Shown here: positions 1 through 8,842 of the stretch, one piece after another | Numbering within the stretch: position 1 is the stretch's first letter | Layout of the letters: each line of letters opens with the position of its first letter | Virus record (IMG/VR): IMGVR_UViG_2721755658_000005 | Span: 1-46,563 of that record | Length of the DNA: 46,563 bases | From: a virus | Lineage: Duplodnaviria; Heunggongvirae; Uroviricota; Caudoviricetes | Strand: one strand, 5' to 3' | Made by a program: the position numbers and the translations under genes | The notes under the pieces: model-generated | Database searches by the model: none | What the model was told of the DNA's origin: nothing | Seen by the model: the letters and a program-made list of their open reading frames with translations, nothing else

Positions 1-443
1 TGAAACGTAAAACACTGCCTCTGCTGGCACTGGTTGCCACCACTCTGTTTCTGAGCGCCTGCGATGACAGAAGTGATGAACTGAAGGCCATCAGCAAATT
101 CAAGGACCTCACTCCGCCGCGCTTCAGCGATGTGGTCAGCCGCCAGGATGATGTCAGCGAAGAATGGTCACAGGTTGGCTTCTCATCTGGTCTCACCCTG
201 CAGGTCTTACGTACCCGTGAGTCGCCCGATGGCTGCGAGGGCGGTAGTTACTACTACCTCGCGGATATGCAGGAAAAAACCGTCCAGCCGCTGATGAATG
301 CGCTTTGTATTGCCGATAACATCAAACTGGAATACCAGGAGGTGACGGACCCGTATACCAAAGAAAGATACTTTGAGTACGCCCATGACGGCAAACTGAT
401 GGGGCGACTGCTGATACCCTCAAACCCTGAGAACCACGAATAA
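1..443 (+). CDS. yafY: YafY-like lipoprotein (start codon truncated by 1 nt at window edge)
   Basis: Frame 3 reads (M)KRKTLPLLALVATTLFLSAC..., giving a signal peptide with a lipobox (LSAC). It is in the same frame as track ORF 132-443. The full length would be 147 aa. Confidence 0.65.
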   Translation, partial: KRKTLPLLALVATTLFLSACDDRSDELKAISKFKDLTPPRFSDVVSRQDDVSEEWSQVGFSSGLTLQVLRTRESPDGCEGGSYYYLADMQEKTVQPLMNALCIADNIKLEYQEVTDPYTKERYFEYAHDGKLMGRLLIPSNPENHE

Positions 444-466
444 AAACAACGATAAAGGAGACAGAA

Positions 467-934
467 ATGACAATAGATTCACTAAGCCGGTTTGTACTGG
501 CATGTTCACTGTTTACCAGCTTTACAGCCTCTGCGGTTCCCGGATTCTGGCAGCAGGGCTATGGCCAGGGCAATACGGAATACAGCGTGACCGATACCAG
601 TGGGAAGATGTTTACCATCAACTGTACTGGAAATCCTGACCAGAATGGTTTCTACCAGCATTCAGTTTTTCTGACCCTGACGGATAACAGAATGGTCAGT
701 TCGCACGATGATGGCACCACAGTCACCGTGGTGATGGACCATAAGCAATATGCCATTCCCTCAACCCTTGGCTGGCGTAACGGCGATAACGCCTGGTATG
801 ACTTCATTATGGATATCCGTAAGACCGGGCAGTTTGACGTTTACGTCAATGACCGTAAAGCGGGGACTTTCACTGTGGACCTGAAGAACGCAGAGAAAGT
901 TCTGCCCACTCCCGGAGACTGCGGTAACGACTGA
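467..934 (+). CDS. ykfB: YkfB-like exported protein of unknown function
   Basis: 155-aa ORF with an N-terminal signal-like segment, in the CP4-6 gene order. Confidence 0.55.
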   Translation: MTIDSLSRFVLACSLFTSFTASAVPGFWQQGYGQGNTEYSVTDTSGKMFTINCTGNPDQNGFYQHSVFLTLTDNRMVSSHDDGTTVTVVMDHKQYAIPSTLGWRNGDNAWYDFIMDIRKTGQFDVYVNDRKAGTFTVDLKNAEKVLPTPGDCGND

Positions 935-1010
935 AAGCCGTTCCTCCTTACGCAAACCAACCCCGACAGCCATCAGGCTGCCGGGGTTTTCTTTTATCAG
1001 GAGCCCGAAA

Positions 1011-1250
1011 ATGTCCCAATCCGTGTTACTGCCACCGGGGCCTTTCACCCGGAGACAAGCGCAAGCGGTCACTACCACGTACAGCAATATCACCCTCGAA
1101 GACGACCAAGGCAGTCACTTCCGCCTTGTGGTTCGAGACACTGAAGGCCGGATGGTCTGGCGGGCATGGAACTTTGAACCCGATGCCGCTGAAAGTCTTA
1201 ACCGCTACATCCGCACCTCTGGCATCCGTACAGGCACCTCCACCCGCTGA
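1011..1250 (+). CDS. ykfF: DUF905 family protein (YkfF-like)
   Basis: 79 aa. The sequence [43 protein letters not shown] is typical of the YkfF/YpjJ family. Confidence 0.6.
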   Translation: MSQSVLLPPGPFTRRQAQAVTTTYSNITLEDDQGSHFRLVVRDTEGRMVWRAWNFEPDAAESLNRYIRTSGIRTGTSTR

Positions 1251-1345
1251 CCGCGAAGCATTTACCCGCACATTTCACCTCCCCGAACACGCTTTATTCC
1301 CCCATTTGCCAGCCATCGCCGCTGGCGTTTTTTATTAACGGAGAC

Positions 1346-1810
1346 ATGCCCATGACAACACAGACGCAGTACGGCCTCGCACCCGCTAACCAATCAGAAT
1401 TTGAACTGACCGTCACGCAGGTACCCGACGAACAGCGTATCGATTTCTGGCCGCAACACTTTGGCACTATCCCGCAGTGGACAACCCTGGAACCGCGTAT
1501 TTTTGCCTGGATGGACCGCTTCTGTTCGACCTACAGCGGTGGTATCTGGTCCTTTTACACCCTCAGCAATGGCGGGGCGTTTATGGCTCCCGAGTCTGAC
1601 AATGATGAGACATGGCGTCTGTTTAATTGCCTGAACGGCAACGATGCCCAAATGAGTGCAGAAGCCGCAGGTATTGCTGTCTGCCTGATTGCGTACAGCC
1701 ATCACGCCTGTCGCACCCAATGCGATGCCATGACTGAACACTATTACCGCCTGCGGGACTACGCCCTGCAGCATCCAGAGGCCCACGCCATTCTGCGTAT
1801 TATCGACTGA
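1346..1810 (+). CDS. yafX: antirestriction protein, ArdB/KlcA-like (YafX-like)
   Basis: 154 aa. Its position and sequence match the YafX/YfjX/YeeS-neighbour family of CP4 islands. Confidence 0.7.
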   Translation: MPMTTQTQYGLAPANQSEFELTVTQVPDEQRIDFWPQHFGTIPQWTTLEPRIFAWMDRFCSTYSGGIWSFYTLSNGGAFMAPESDNDETWRLFNCLNGNDAQMSAEAAGIAVCLIAYSHHACRTQCDAMTEHYYRLRDYALQHPEAHAILRIID

Positions 1811-1825
1811 CCGAAGGAGCAACAG

Positions 1826-2302
1826 ATGAAACAGCTTTCCTTTTTACCCGGCGAGATGACGCCACAGGACCGGTGTCTCATTCAGCGGGCGCTCAGGGCT
1901 CTGGACCGCCACCTGCATGAGCCCGGCGTAGCCTTCACCTCTACCCACGCCGTACGTGAATGGCTGCGACTGCATATGGCCGCGCTTGAGCGGGAAGAGT
2001 TCCGGGTGTTGTATCTGGACAACCAGAATCAGTTGATTGCCCATGAAACGCTCTTCATCGGCACGATTAACCGCACCGAGGTGCATCCCCGGGAGGTGGT
2101 CAAACGTGCTCTGCACTTCAACGCGGCGGCGGTGATACTCGCGTACAACCATCCTTCTGGCGAGACAACACCCAGCCAGGCAGACAAAGCCCTCACGCAG
2201 CGACTGGTACAGGTGCTTCAGTTGGTGGATATCCGCGTCCCTGACCATCTGATTGTCGGCGGCAGGCAAATCTATTCGTTCGCAGAACACGGTTTGCTGT
2301 GA
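1826..2302 (+). CDS. ykfG: RadC-like JAB-domain protein (YkfG-like)
   Basis: 158 aa. The motif HNHPSGETTPSQADKALTQRL is the RadC/JAMM signature. Confidence 0.8.
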   Translation: MKQLSFLPGEMTPQDRCLIQRALRALDRHLHEPGVAFTSTHAVREWLRLHMAALEREEFRVLYLDNQNQLIAHETLFIGTINRTEVHPREVVKRALHFNAAAVILAYNHPSGETTPSQADKALTQRLVQVLQLVDIRVPDHLIVGGRQIYSFAEHGLL

Positions 2303-2310
2303 GGTATGAT

Positions 2311-2532
2311 ATGAAAATTATCAGTAAACGCCGGGCAATGACGATATACCGCCAGCATCCTGAGTCCCGAATCTTTCGCTACTGCAGTGGAAAATATCAG
2401 TGGCACGGTAGCATCTGCCATTACACCGGCAGGGACGTTCCGGATATCGCAGGTGTCCTCGCGGTATACGCCGAACGCCGCCAGGACCGCAACGGGCCTT
2501 ATGCCTGCCTGATGAGCATCACTCTGAACTGA
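2311..2532 (+). CDS. ykfH: DUF987 protein (YkfH-like)
   Basis: The ATG at 2311 (MKIISKRRAMTIYRQHPE...) gives 73 aa. The track ORF starts 12 nt earlier at an alternative codon. Confidence 0.6.
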   Translation: MKIISKRRAMTIYRQHPESRIFRYCSGKYQWHGSICHYTGRDVPDIAGVLAVYAERRQDRNGPYACLMSITLN

Positions 2533-2552
2533 CAATACAAAGGAGAGTCGTT

Positions 2553-2870
2553 ATGACTCACATCACATGGGGCCTGCAGCGGAATATCACGCCGCGCCTG
2601 GGAGCCCGTCTGGTGCAGGAGGGGAACCGGTTGCATTATCTGGCTGACCGGGCCAGCATCACCGGCAAGTTCAGTGACACCGAATGCCGGAAGCTGGATG
2701 AAACATTCCCGCACTTTATCCGCCAGATGGAATCGATGCTGACCACCGGTGAAGTCAGCCCCCAACATGCCCACTGCGTCATCATGTACCACAACGGTTT
2801 CACCTGTGAAGCCGACACCCTTGGCAGTTGCGGTTACGTGTACATCGCCATTTATCCCACCCAGCGCTAA
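2553..2870 (+). CDS. yafW: CbeA-family type IV antitoxin (YafW-like)
   Basis: 105 aa, immediately upstream of the CbtA-family toxin. Typical YafW/YeeU/YfjZ sequence. Confidence 0.75.
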   Translation: MTHITWGLQRNITPRLGARLVQEGNRLHYLADRASITGKFSDTECRKLDETFPHFIRQMESMLTTGEVSPQHAHCVIMYHNGFTCEADTLGSCGYVYIAIYPTQR

Positions 2871-2890
2871 TAACTTTCACGAGAGCAAAC

Positions 2891-3232
2891 ATGAAAACTT
2901 TGCCTGCAACAACTCAGCGGGCGGTGAAGCCCTGCCTGTCACCCGTGGCTGTCTGGCAAATGCTACTGACACGCCTGCTGGAACAGCACTATGGTCTCAC
3001 CCTCAACGACACACCGTTCAGTGAGGAACGTGTTATACAGGAACATATCGATGCCGGGATCTCGCTGGCTGATGCCGTGAATTTTCTGGTGGAAAAATAC
3101 GAACTGGTGCGTATCGACAGGAAGGGATTTAACTGGCAGGAACAATCGCCTTATCTTCAGGCTGTCGATATTCTGCGAGCGCGGCAGGCAACTGGCTTGT
3201 TGCAGCAAAGCCGTAGCAACGTAGTACGATGA
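2891..3232 (+). CDS. ykfI: CbtA-family toxin (YkfI-like)
   Basis: The ATG at 2891 ([43 protein letters not shown]...) gives 113 aa. Confidence 0.75.
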   Translation: MKTLPATTQRAVKPCLSPVAVWQMLLTRLLEQHYGLTLNDTPFSEERVIQEHIDAGISLADAVNFLVEKYELVRIDRKGFNWQEQSPYLQAVDILRARQATGLLQQSRSNVVR

Positions 3233-3619
3233 ACATTGCGTACAACCTTCCCGATTTACATTTCTGAACTTCCTCCCTTGTTTACCTATTGCGTAATGCG
3301 CCTGCTGCTACCCGGCTGGCGCGTTATCTTTTTACGGACAAACCATCATGCAACCAGAAGGTGAAGTATTAACCGATCATAATGAGCTAATTTGTTCAAG
3401 CTTTATTGAACACATTGCCAACACATTGAATTTAGGAGTGGTGTAGACATGGACAACTAAACCTGCAGCCACGGAGGTATAGCGAGTGAAGCCCTATCCG
3501 ACCTTTTTGGTCAGTAGATAAGATTGATCTTCGTTGATAGAATTTACTTACATCAGCAGTTACATGAAAATAATTTTTGGTGGGAAAAAGATAAGACACT
3601 ACGTAACTATTTGATTTCT

Positions 3620-3665
3620 TGGTGCCGATAATAGGAGTCGAACCTACGACCTTCGCATTACGAAT
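3620..3665 (-). repeat. displaced 3' 46 nt of tRNA-Thr thrW = int-distal att junction of the prophage
   Basis: TGGTGCCGATAATAGGAGTCGAACCTACGACCTTCGCATTACGAAT is identical to 45120-45165. Identity ends at 3666 and 45166. Confidence 0.9.
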
Positions 3666-4080
3666 TATAAGAATCCGCTTCTAATTCAAAGCATTACCCC
3701 ATCAACACTGCGCTCACACGTCCCACCACATCAAAACATGTAAAGCCTTGCAAGTCATTGCGAGGCCTTATGTGTCTCAGTTTTGTCCCACCTTGTATTA
3801 CGACTTGCATAGCCAATGAAGATAAATGTGACGACAAACGGCGCAGCAGTCTTCTTTTCCTTCATACTTTCCCCACCCAGCATGCATACCTTCTACCATA
3901 ACTGTAGTTAATGTCTGTTATGAGCGAAAAGCGGTCCTTAAATACAATTTTCATTGATAACGCCGTCTTGTTGCTATTGAAGACATTATCAACATCATTG
4001 TGTTTTTACTTATATTTGAAGGAGGGCTATTCAAGGGATTGCCCCCTTTTAACAAAAATTCCACCAGAACAGTAGGTCTG

Positions 4081-5775
4081 CTAATTGGTCTCTATAATTG
4101 AGCTTAATTCGTTAATGAGCAGGTGAGGGCTCATTTGAGTTAAGTCATACTGCCGCCCCAATTTCTCTTGCATTCCTCCTCGTATTTTCTTTAATAAATA
4201 TTTGCCTTTAATGTTATTAACTGATGTCGGAACTTGGTTTCCAAATAATGTTAGGTGTCGAGGGCATGCTTCCAGTCTCCCCTTATATAAATTATATTTA
4301 ATCACCTCTCTTTTGGATTGAAAATCAGACTGGATGACAACATGATTTTGTGCGGCTATATCAGTAATCCATGTTTGTATATCTTGCACAGAAGAGCCTG
4401 TAACATGAGATAAATGCTCTATTCTGGTAAAATAACTCTCAATATCACTACCTTCAGTAATGAATGGAATGGCGCCACCTCTTTGAATTTCTGCTTTTAC
4501 TATATCTACTTCTTCATCAGTCATAAAATCGCGGTCACGATGAATTATAACCTTGCAATTAGGGGACATTTCCTTAAGAAGGTCAGCAGATACAATTGCT
4601 CCTTGCACATTTGTGCATGTTTTGTAGCTATAGACTGCAGTTCTCTCCATATCAAAACCATTATATTGTAAAAGGGCCTTGAAATATTTTTTATCTCTAT
4701 CTTCAGTGAGAAATATATTCTCCACAACTCCTTCAGTTACTCTATCCAAGTCATTTAAAGCTCCTAAATCTAAGAACATTGATATTTTGTCCAAATCCAT
4801 GCCTTGATTCTGAACATTACCATCTTTCATCCAAATAAAATTTGCCTCTCCATACAATGAATCAATTATATGTTTGCTATGAGTGGAAAGTATAACTTGA
4901 GTTTCTGATTTGTTATTTTCTGATATTAAACTCAATGAGTCAGTGAGAATATATTGATTATCAGGGTGAAGATGAGAATCCGGTTCATCTAAGAGTAATA
5001 ATTTAGGTTTGAAATATACTATATATGCAAATATCTGTAATGTTTGAAGTAATCCAGTTCCCGCCAACTCGATAGGGTAATTTTTCCCACTTGCATTTTC
5101 TTTAAAATTAACGGTTAGATAAGTATCTTTATCCTCTTTGAAATCCACTTCGATTTCTATATCTGGAAATACAACTTGCAGCATGCTATTGAGATTTACC
5201 AAGTGGTTATCTTTGTTCAGATAGTATATGACATTCCTTAAGTATAAATTTGCATCACCACTTGCCACTCCTCTTCTAACTATTGCTGGCGATTTTAATT
5301 CTTCCTTCTGTGAGATACCAGCCAGACCAGGGACATATATACTAAAGAGATTTTTTTCATCGGTGATTACTGAACCGAAGCCGGTATAATCACCGGTTCT
5401 TTCACATGACATATTTCCATGATTTCGTCCCTTAGATATAATTATATTGTATTCTAATTGTCGACCAGCAAGATCATCATATCCAAAAAGACTCAACACA
5501 CTTTGATTGCCAGGCGACCTCGAATTCTTATAAGGTTCGCCGTTCTTTAAAACAGTGAAGTCTGGGGTGATATTATACATTAAAAGTTCAGTAGAGAATG
5601 TTTGTTGACTTTGTTGCCGAGCGGCAATAGCTGCGCATACTGAAAAATGTATAGCTTGCAGAATACTGCTCTTACCTGAACTATTTGCCCCTACTAATAC
5701 ATTTATATCACTAAGGGTGATTTCTGCTGTGTCAATTTTTTTGAATTTACTAACAGACAAAGACTTAATGAACAT
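4081..5775 (-). CDS. ABC/AAA15-type ATPase fused to a Toprim/DUF4435-like C-terminal domain (OLD-family or fused PARIS AriA-AriB-like defence nuclease)
   Basis: ATPase motifs are present: Walker A GANSSGKSS, signature-like LAGTGLLQTL, Walker B LLLLDEPDSHLHP, and H-loop ILSTHS. The C-terminal part carries IFLTEDRDKKYF, IIHRDRDF and SDIESYF, which resemble the acidic Toprim/DUF4435 motifs. The ATG at 5775 has an AAGGA Shine-Dalgarno. The track start at 5793 is a TTG. Confidence 0.6.
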   Translation of the reverse strand: MFIKSLSVSKFKKIDTAEITLSDINVLVGANSSGKSSILQAIHFSVCAAIAARQQSQQTFSTELLMYNITPDFTVLKNGEPYKNSRSPGNQSVLSLFGYDDLAGRQLEYNIIISKGRNHGNMSCERTGDYTGFGSVITDEKNLFSIYVPGLAGISQKEELKSPAIVRRGVASGDANLYLRNVIYYLNKDNHLVNLNSMLQVVFPDIEIEVDFKEDKDTYLTVNFKENASGKNYPIELAGTGLLQTLQIFAYIVYFKPKLLLLDEPDSHLHPDNQYILTDSLSLISENNKSETQVILSTHSKHIIDSLYGEANFIWMKDGNVQNQGMDLDKISMFLDLGALNDLDRVTEGVVENIFLTEDRDKKYFKALLQYNGFDMERTAVYSYKTCTNVQGAIVSADLLKEMSPNCKVIIHRDRDFMTDEEVDIVKAEIQRGGAIPFITEGSDIESYFTRIEHLSHVTGSSVQDIQTWITDIAAQNHVVIQSDFQSKREVIKYNLYKGRLEACPRHLTLFGNQVPTSVNNIKGKYLLKKIRGGMQEKLGRQYDLTQMSPHLLINELSSIIETN

Positions 5776-5822
5776 TTTCTTTTCCTTTTTCAATGAAAGG
5801 TGTAAAACTTTAACTCATCATT

Positions 5823-6107
5823 TTAGTTGTTAACATTCAAAATCATAAACTGATTCTCTATTTTACCAATGAATAGCAGTCCTATCAGAGTAAAAATAGT
5901 GTTAGATATTTTTCTTACATCTGAATCTGAGAAATATTCGGATTCTTTATAGCAATTATTCCATATGTCGAGTTCTCTAAAATCATAAGCTAAATGAGCA
6001 ATTTTTCCCCAATCTTCATTTACTATATGTTCAGCCATTGTAAAAAAATCACTCTTAGTCGGAATGTCTATTCTCATTGTTACTTGGCCTATTTTTTCAT
6101 TGCTCAC
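5823..6107 (-). CDS. hypothetical 94-aa protein with C-terminal hydrophobic segment, probably co-transcribed with the ATPase
   Basis: The gap to the ATPase gene is small (29 nt to its TTG start at 5793, 47 nt to the preferred ATG at 5775). The strand and AT-rich composition are the same. The hydrophobic stretch is ISNTIFTLIGLLFIG. Confidence 0.45.
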   Translation of the reverse strand: MSNEKIGQVTMRIDIPTKSDFFTMAEHIVNEDWGKIAHLAYDFRELDIWNNCYKESEYFSDSDVRKISNTIFTLIGLLFIGKIENQFMILNVNN

Positions 6108-6296
6108 ATATATAACTATATGATATTTATATTAAAACTCCAACATTAAGTTTCGGCTTTCTTCAAGTAAACTACATAGCACGATGTAAGCAACTTCCGC
6201 TTTTGGCACATAGCAGTCCTAGAGATACTGGCGTAAAGCCATGGAGGATCGGTGGGAGGAGGTAAAAATCCTCTCATGCAAAAAATACGCAAAATC

Positions 6297-6386
6297 GATA
6301 ACAGTTGGAAATCATTCAATACTCGCACTATCGGAAGTTCACCAGCCAACCGCAGCACGTTCTTGCATACGACATGCCTGCGGTTT
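6297..6386 (+). repeat. copy A of a ~90-nt structured repeat (ends in hairpin CCGCAGCACG...CATGCCTGCGG + TTT)
   Basis: It aligns without gaps to 8972-9061 with about ten mismatches by eye. One mismatch pair is compensatory: GTTGG/CCAAC in copy A versus GCTGG/CCAGC in copy B. Confidence 0.8.
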
Positions 6387-6407
6387 CAACTCCCGCCAGC
6401 TCCACCA
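6380..6407 (+). other. look-alike of the 3' terminus of tmRNA (ssrA): GCGGTTTCAACTCCCGCCAGCTCCACCA
   Basis: It differs at one position from the E. coli ssrA 3' end as I recall it (GCGGGTTCAACTCCCGCCAGCTCCACCA). This is probably an att-site relic of an ssrA-targeting element. Confidence 0.55.
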
Positions 6408-6531
6408 ATCATGATTGGACGGTTAAGGACAACACCAATAAAAACAGGAAGTTAGCAGTCTCAGCAGGACACCGACCAGACGGTGAGGAGACAAAAAAGG
6501 ATACGCAAAGGAGCCGCGGCTCCCGAGTGAC

Positions 6532-6567
6532 AAAAAAGCCCGCTTATGCGGGCTTTTTTGTTTTTTT
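6532..6567. terminator. bidirectional intrinsic terminator
   Basis: AAAAAA-GCCCGC-TTAT-GCGGGC-TTTTTTGTTTTTTT. It lies 10 nt downstream of the Bro-N gene stop on the minus strand. Confidence 0.75.
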
Positions 6568-6576
6568 CCCTCAAGC

Positions 6577-7338
6577 TCACTGACGTGTTCTTGCCTCAAC
6601 TACTTTCTGGTATATAGCGATAGCTTCATCAACCAAAGCTAATGGATAGCAAGAATTTATATTCAATCCGGAGGGGCACTTAATTCTTTCTGCTCCACGT
6701 TCACTACGCAATTTTTCACACCATTGCCAAAGTTCCTCAACTGAATAGGTATCCAAACCTAACTCCATCAATCGTTGAGGAACACTTCTGAACTGAGACA
6801 AATCTCTTAAACTTTCTAACGAGTTAACTTTTAGTTCAACTTGGTTTACTCTACTTTCTAACTCTTCACGTTTTTCTATTTCCATTACCAATGCTTGAAC
6901 CGTCTGCTGCAGACTGTTAGCAAAAGCACTCAGTTCTGAACGTTCTTGTTTAGGTGGCGGAGGATATACACCAAATTCACGAATAGACGGAAGGACCTGA
7001 TGAAAAAGCCAGCGTTGGAATTTTTTCCCCGCAGCAGTAGTATCCTGAGCAAGTACTCTATATAGACCTGGTTCAGTAAGAAATACCTCAGAGATAGTTT
7101 CACCATCCACGACAAGAGAAACATTCCTAAACTCATCTGGATCTAAAGTTTTTATTACCGCTTTTATTACAGTGAGCAAGCTTTGAGAAGTCTTTCCATC
7201 CAGTTTTCTGTTCTCAGCAGAAAGCGTTCTTAGCACATCTGAAAGTGAAACAAAAATCTGCCCTTTTTCATTCATGCTACGGATATAATTTTCTCCACAC
7301 TCTCCTTCGTAGCATAATTGTAACAAATTCTTTTGCAC
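6577..7338 (-). CDS. Bro-N domain protein (antirepressor-like) with coiled-coil C-terminal half
   Basis: EVFLTEPGLYRVLAQDTTAAGKKFQRWLFHQVLPSIREFG is the Bro-N signature. The start is a GTG preceded by AGGAGG. Confidence 0.75.
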   Translation of the reverse strand: MQKNLLQLCYEGECGENYIRSMNEKGQIFVSLSDVLRTLSAENRKLDGKTSQSLLTVIKAVIKTLDPDEFRNVSLVVDGETISEVFLTEPGLYRVLAQDTTAAGKKFQRWLFHQVLPSIREFGVYPPPPKQERSELSAFANSLQQTVQALVMEIEKREELESRVNQVELKVNSLESLRDLSQFRSVPQRLMELGLDTYSVEELWQWCEKLRSERGAERIKCPSGLNINSCYPLALVDEAIAIYQKVVEARTRQ

Positions 7339-7361
7339 GCCATCCCCTCCTTTTTTTATGG

Positions 7362-7389
7362 ATTATACATCCTATAAACATGTTGTCAC
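7362..7389 (-). promoter_or_regulatory. candidate sigma70 promoter for the Bro-N gene
   Basis: On the minus strand: GTGACA, 16 nt, TATAAT, upstream of the AGGAGG-GTG start. Confidence 0.4.
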
Positions 7390-7616
7390 CGAAAGGGAAA
7401 AGCATAAACCCAATTTATGTTCCACAAGATGTTCAAAAATCAAACAACCATATAGCTGAGGAGCACAAAAGAGCAAAAGTTTACCAACCCCATATATCCA
7501 TACAGCACATAAAATTGACACTACATGTGGTATTTTTTAAGTTACGCCTTGCACCATTTCATGGTTTTATGTAGATTGTCATCACACGCTGAGATTAAAA
7601 AATTCTACAATTTTTG

Positions 7617-7645
7617 TTGATCTTGAGTTTGGTTTTTAGTATAAG
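7617..7645 (+). promoter_or_regulatory. candidate sigma70 promoter for the XRE-ImmA operon
   Basis: TTGATC, 17 nt, TATAAG. A GGAGG Shine-Dalgarno and the ATG at 7672 follow. Confidence 0.5.
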
Positions 7646-7671
7646 TGAGCATGGATTGTAGGAGGCGCAAC

Positions 7672-8022
7672 ATGGTAACTAGCTTTGGTAAGACTCTCAG
7701 AAAAATGAGAATAGACCGGGGTATGGTGCTCAAAAATATGGCTGATCTGTTAGGCGTTAGTTCGGCTTACTTATCCGCCATTGAATTAGGCAAAAGAGCT
7801 ATACCGGACTCATTAGTAAATACGATTGCAACAACTTTTGAGCTTAGCGGACAAGACATCATCAATCTCAAGAAACAGGCAGAGATTTCTCAACCGTCCA
7901 TTAAGGTTGATATGTCGGATGCAAATGAGCAGAACAAAGAACTAATGCTTGTTTTTGCTCGTAAATTTAAGGACCTGAGTCCAGAGCAACTCGATAAGCT
8001 TAATAAAATGTTAAAGGACTGA
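7672..8022 (+). CDS. XRE-family helix-turn-helix regulator
   Basis: FGKTLRKMRIDRGMVLKNMADLLGVSSAYLSAIELGKRAIP is a canonical HTH_3 sequence. The ATG at 7672 has a GGAGG Shine-Dalgarno. The track start at 7645 lies inside the -10 element. Confidence 0.8.
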   Translation: MVTSFGKTLRKMRIDRGMVLKNMADLLGVSSAYLSAIELGKRAIPDSLVNTIATTFELSGQDIINLKKQAEISQPSIKVDMSDANEQNKELMLVFARKFKDLSPEQLDKLNKMLKD

Positions 8023-8025
8023 ATA

Positions 8026-8559
8026 ATGATTGCGAAACGAGAACTTGGCCATCGCGTTTCACCTCTCAGCACCAGCATGATTAAATCATACGCTCATCGT
8101 CTGAGAGACGTTCTTCAGATATCAAATCACACATATCTGAGACTGGATGTATTACTAGAAGGTCTTATGGCCTCAGAAAGCATTGAGCTAGAAATTGTTG
8201 AAGATCATGAACTGCCCAAACGCTATGCAGTGACTTATCCAGATAAGAACAAAATTGTTTTACAGCGATCTGTTTACGATGCAGTGTGCAATGGTGAGAA
8301 CCATGCGAGATTCACTGTTGCGCATGAACTTGGTCATTTAGTCATGCATCGCAATCAAAGTATCTATGCACGTAATAAGACTAGTGGAGGGCATAAAATC
8401 TATGAAGACAGCGAATGGCAAGCAGATGTTTTTGCAAGCCACTTCTTAATTGACTCAAGACTAGTTTTGCCCACAATGACTGTTGAAGATATAAGCAAAA
8501 CATTTGGTGTCAGTCAACAAGCGGCTGAAACCTGGATGAGAAAAAATGCAAAAAGATAA
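8026..8559 (+). CDS. ImmA/IrrE-family (COG2856) zinc metallopeptidase
   Basis: The HEXXH motif is in FTVAHELGHLVMH. The gene starts 3 nt after the XRE gene stop. Confidence 0.85.
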   Translation: MIAKRELGHRVSPLSTSMIKSYAHRLRDVLQISNHTYLRLDVLLEGLMASESIELEIVEDHELPKRYAVTYPDKNKIVLQRSVYDAVCNGENHARFTVAHELGHLVMHRNQSIYARNKTSGGHKIYEDSEWQADVFASHFLIDSRLVLPTMTVEDISKTFGVSQQAAETWMRKNAKR

Positions 8560-8566
8560 CGAAAAA

Positions 8567-8589
8567 GCCAGCGAACCGCTGTCGCTGGC
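8567..8589 (+). terminator. hairpin after the ImmA gene (weak terminator)
   Basis: GCCAGCGA-ACCGCTG-TCGCTGGC is a perfect 8-bp stem, but the trailing T-run is poor. Confidence 0.4.
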
Positions 8590-8684
8590 TTCTCCTATCG
8601 TAAGCAAATACGAAAAACTTGGCGGTTGTGAGTATACGCTTACCTTAGGTTTTGTCAACAGCGAAACTTTACAGGTAACACGAT

Positions 8685-8828
8685 ATGACCATTGAAAAAG
8701 CTGTATCTGAGGAATACATCACAATTTACCGTCCTTTTATTACGGTCAAAGGTAAACGGATCTTTGCTCGTCAAAAAGGCTTGGCAGCCTTTCCTATCAA
8801 AATTCCTGCCTCTAAGTATCGAGGATAA
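8685..8828 (+). CDS. 47-aa basic small protein (below the ORF-track cutoff)
   Basis: The ATG at 8685 to the TAA at 8826-8828 encodes MTIEKAVSEEYITIYRPFITVKGKRIFARQKGLAAFPIKIPASKYRG. It has its own downstream terminator. Confidence 0.35.
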   Translation: MTIEKAVSEEYITIYRPFITVKGKRIFARQKGLAAFPIKIPASKYRG

Positions 8829-8842
8829 TCTTTGCTAATCTT

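Larger units (their letters stand above)
1..3619. mobile_element. CP4-6-like cryptic prophage remnant (thrW-proximal end)
   Basis: The gene order yafY-ykfB-ykfF-yafX-ykfG-ykfH-yafW-ykfI, followed by a thrW 3' copy, mirrors the K-12 thrW/CP4-6 junction as I recall it. Protein lengths match the K-12 homologues. Confidence 0.7.

Noticed and set aside
3620-3665. A second tRNA-Thr gene.
   Set aside because: Only the 3' 46 nt (part of the anticodon arm, the T arm and the acceptor 3' strand) are present. It is an att duplication, not a functional tRNA.
6380-6407. A genuine tmRNA (ssrA) gene.
   Set aside because: Only the last 28 nt resemble ssrA. None of the upstream tmRNA body (tag reading frame, pseudoknots, 5' acceptor strand) is present.
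6252-6583. Track ORFs 6252-6455 and 6305-6583 (+), and 8832-9065 (+), running through the ~90-nt repeats.
   Set aside because: The two repeat copies are covered by ORFs in different frames. The copy B frame that matches copy A has no start codon. The peptides are low-complexity. The conservation is better explained at the nucleotide or structure level.
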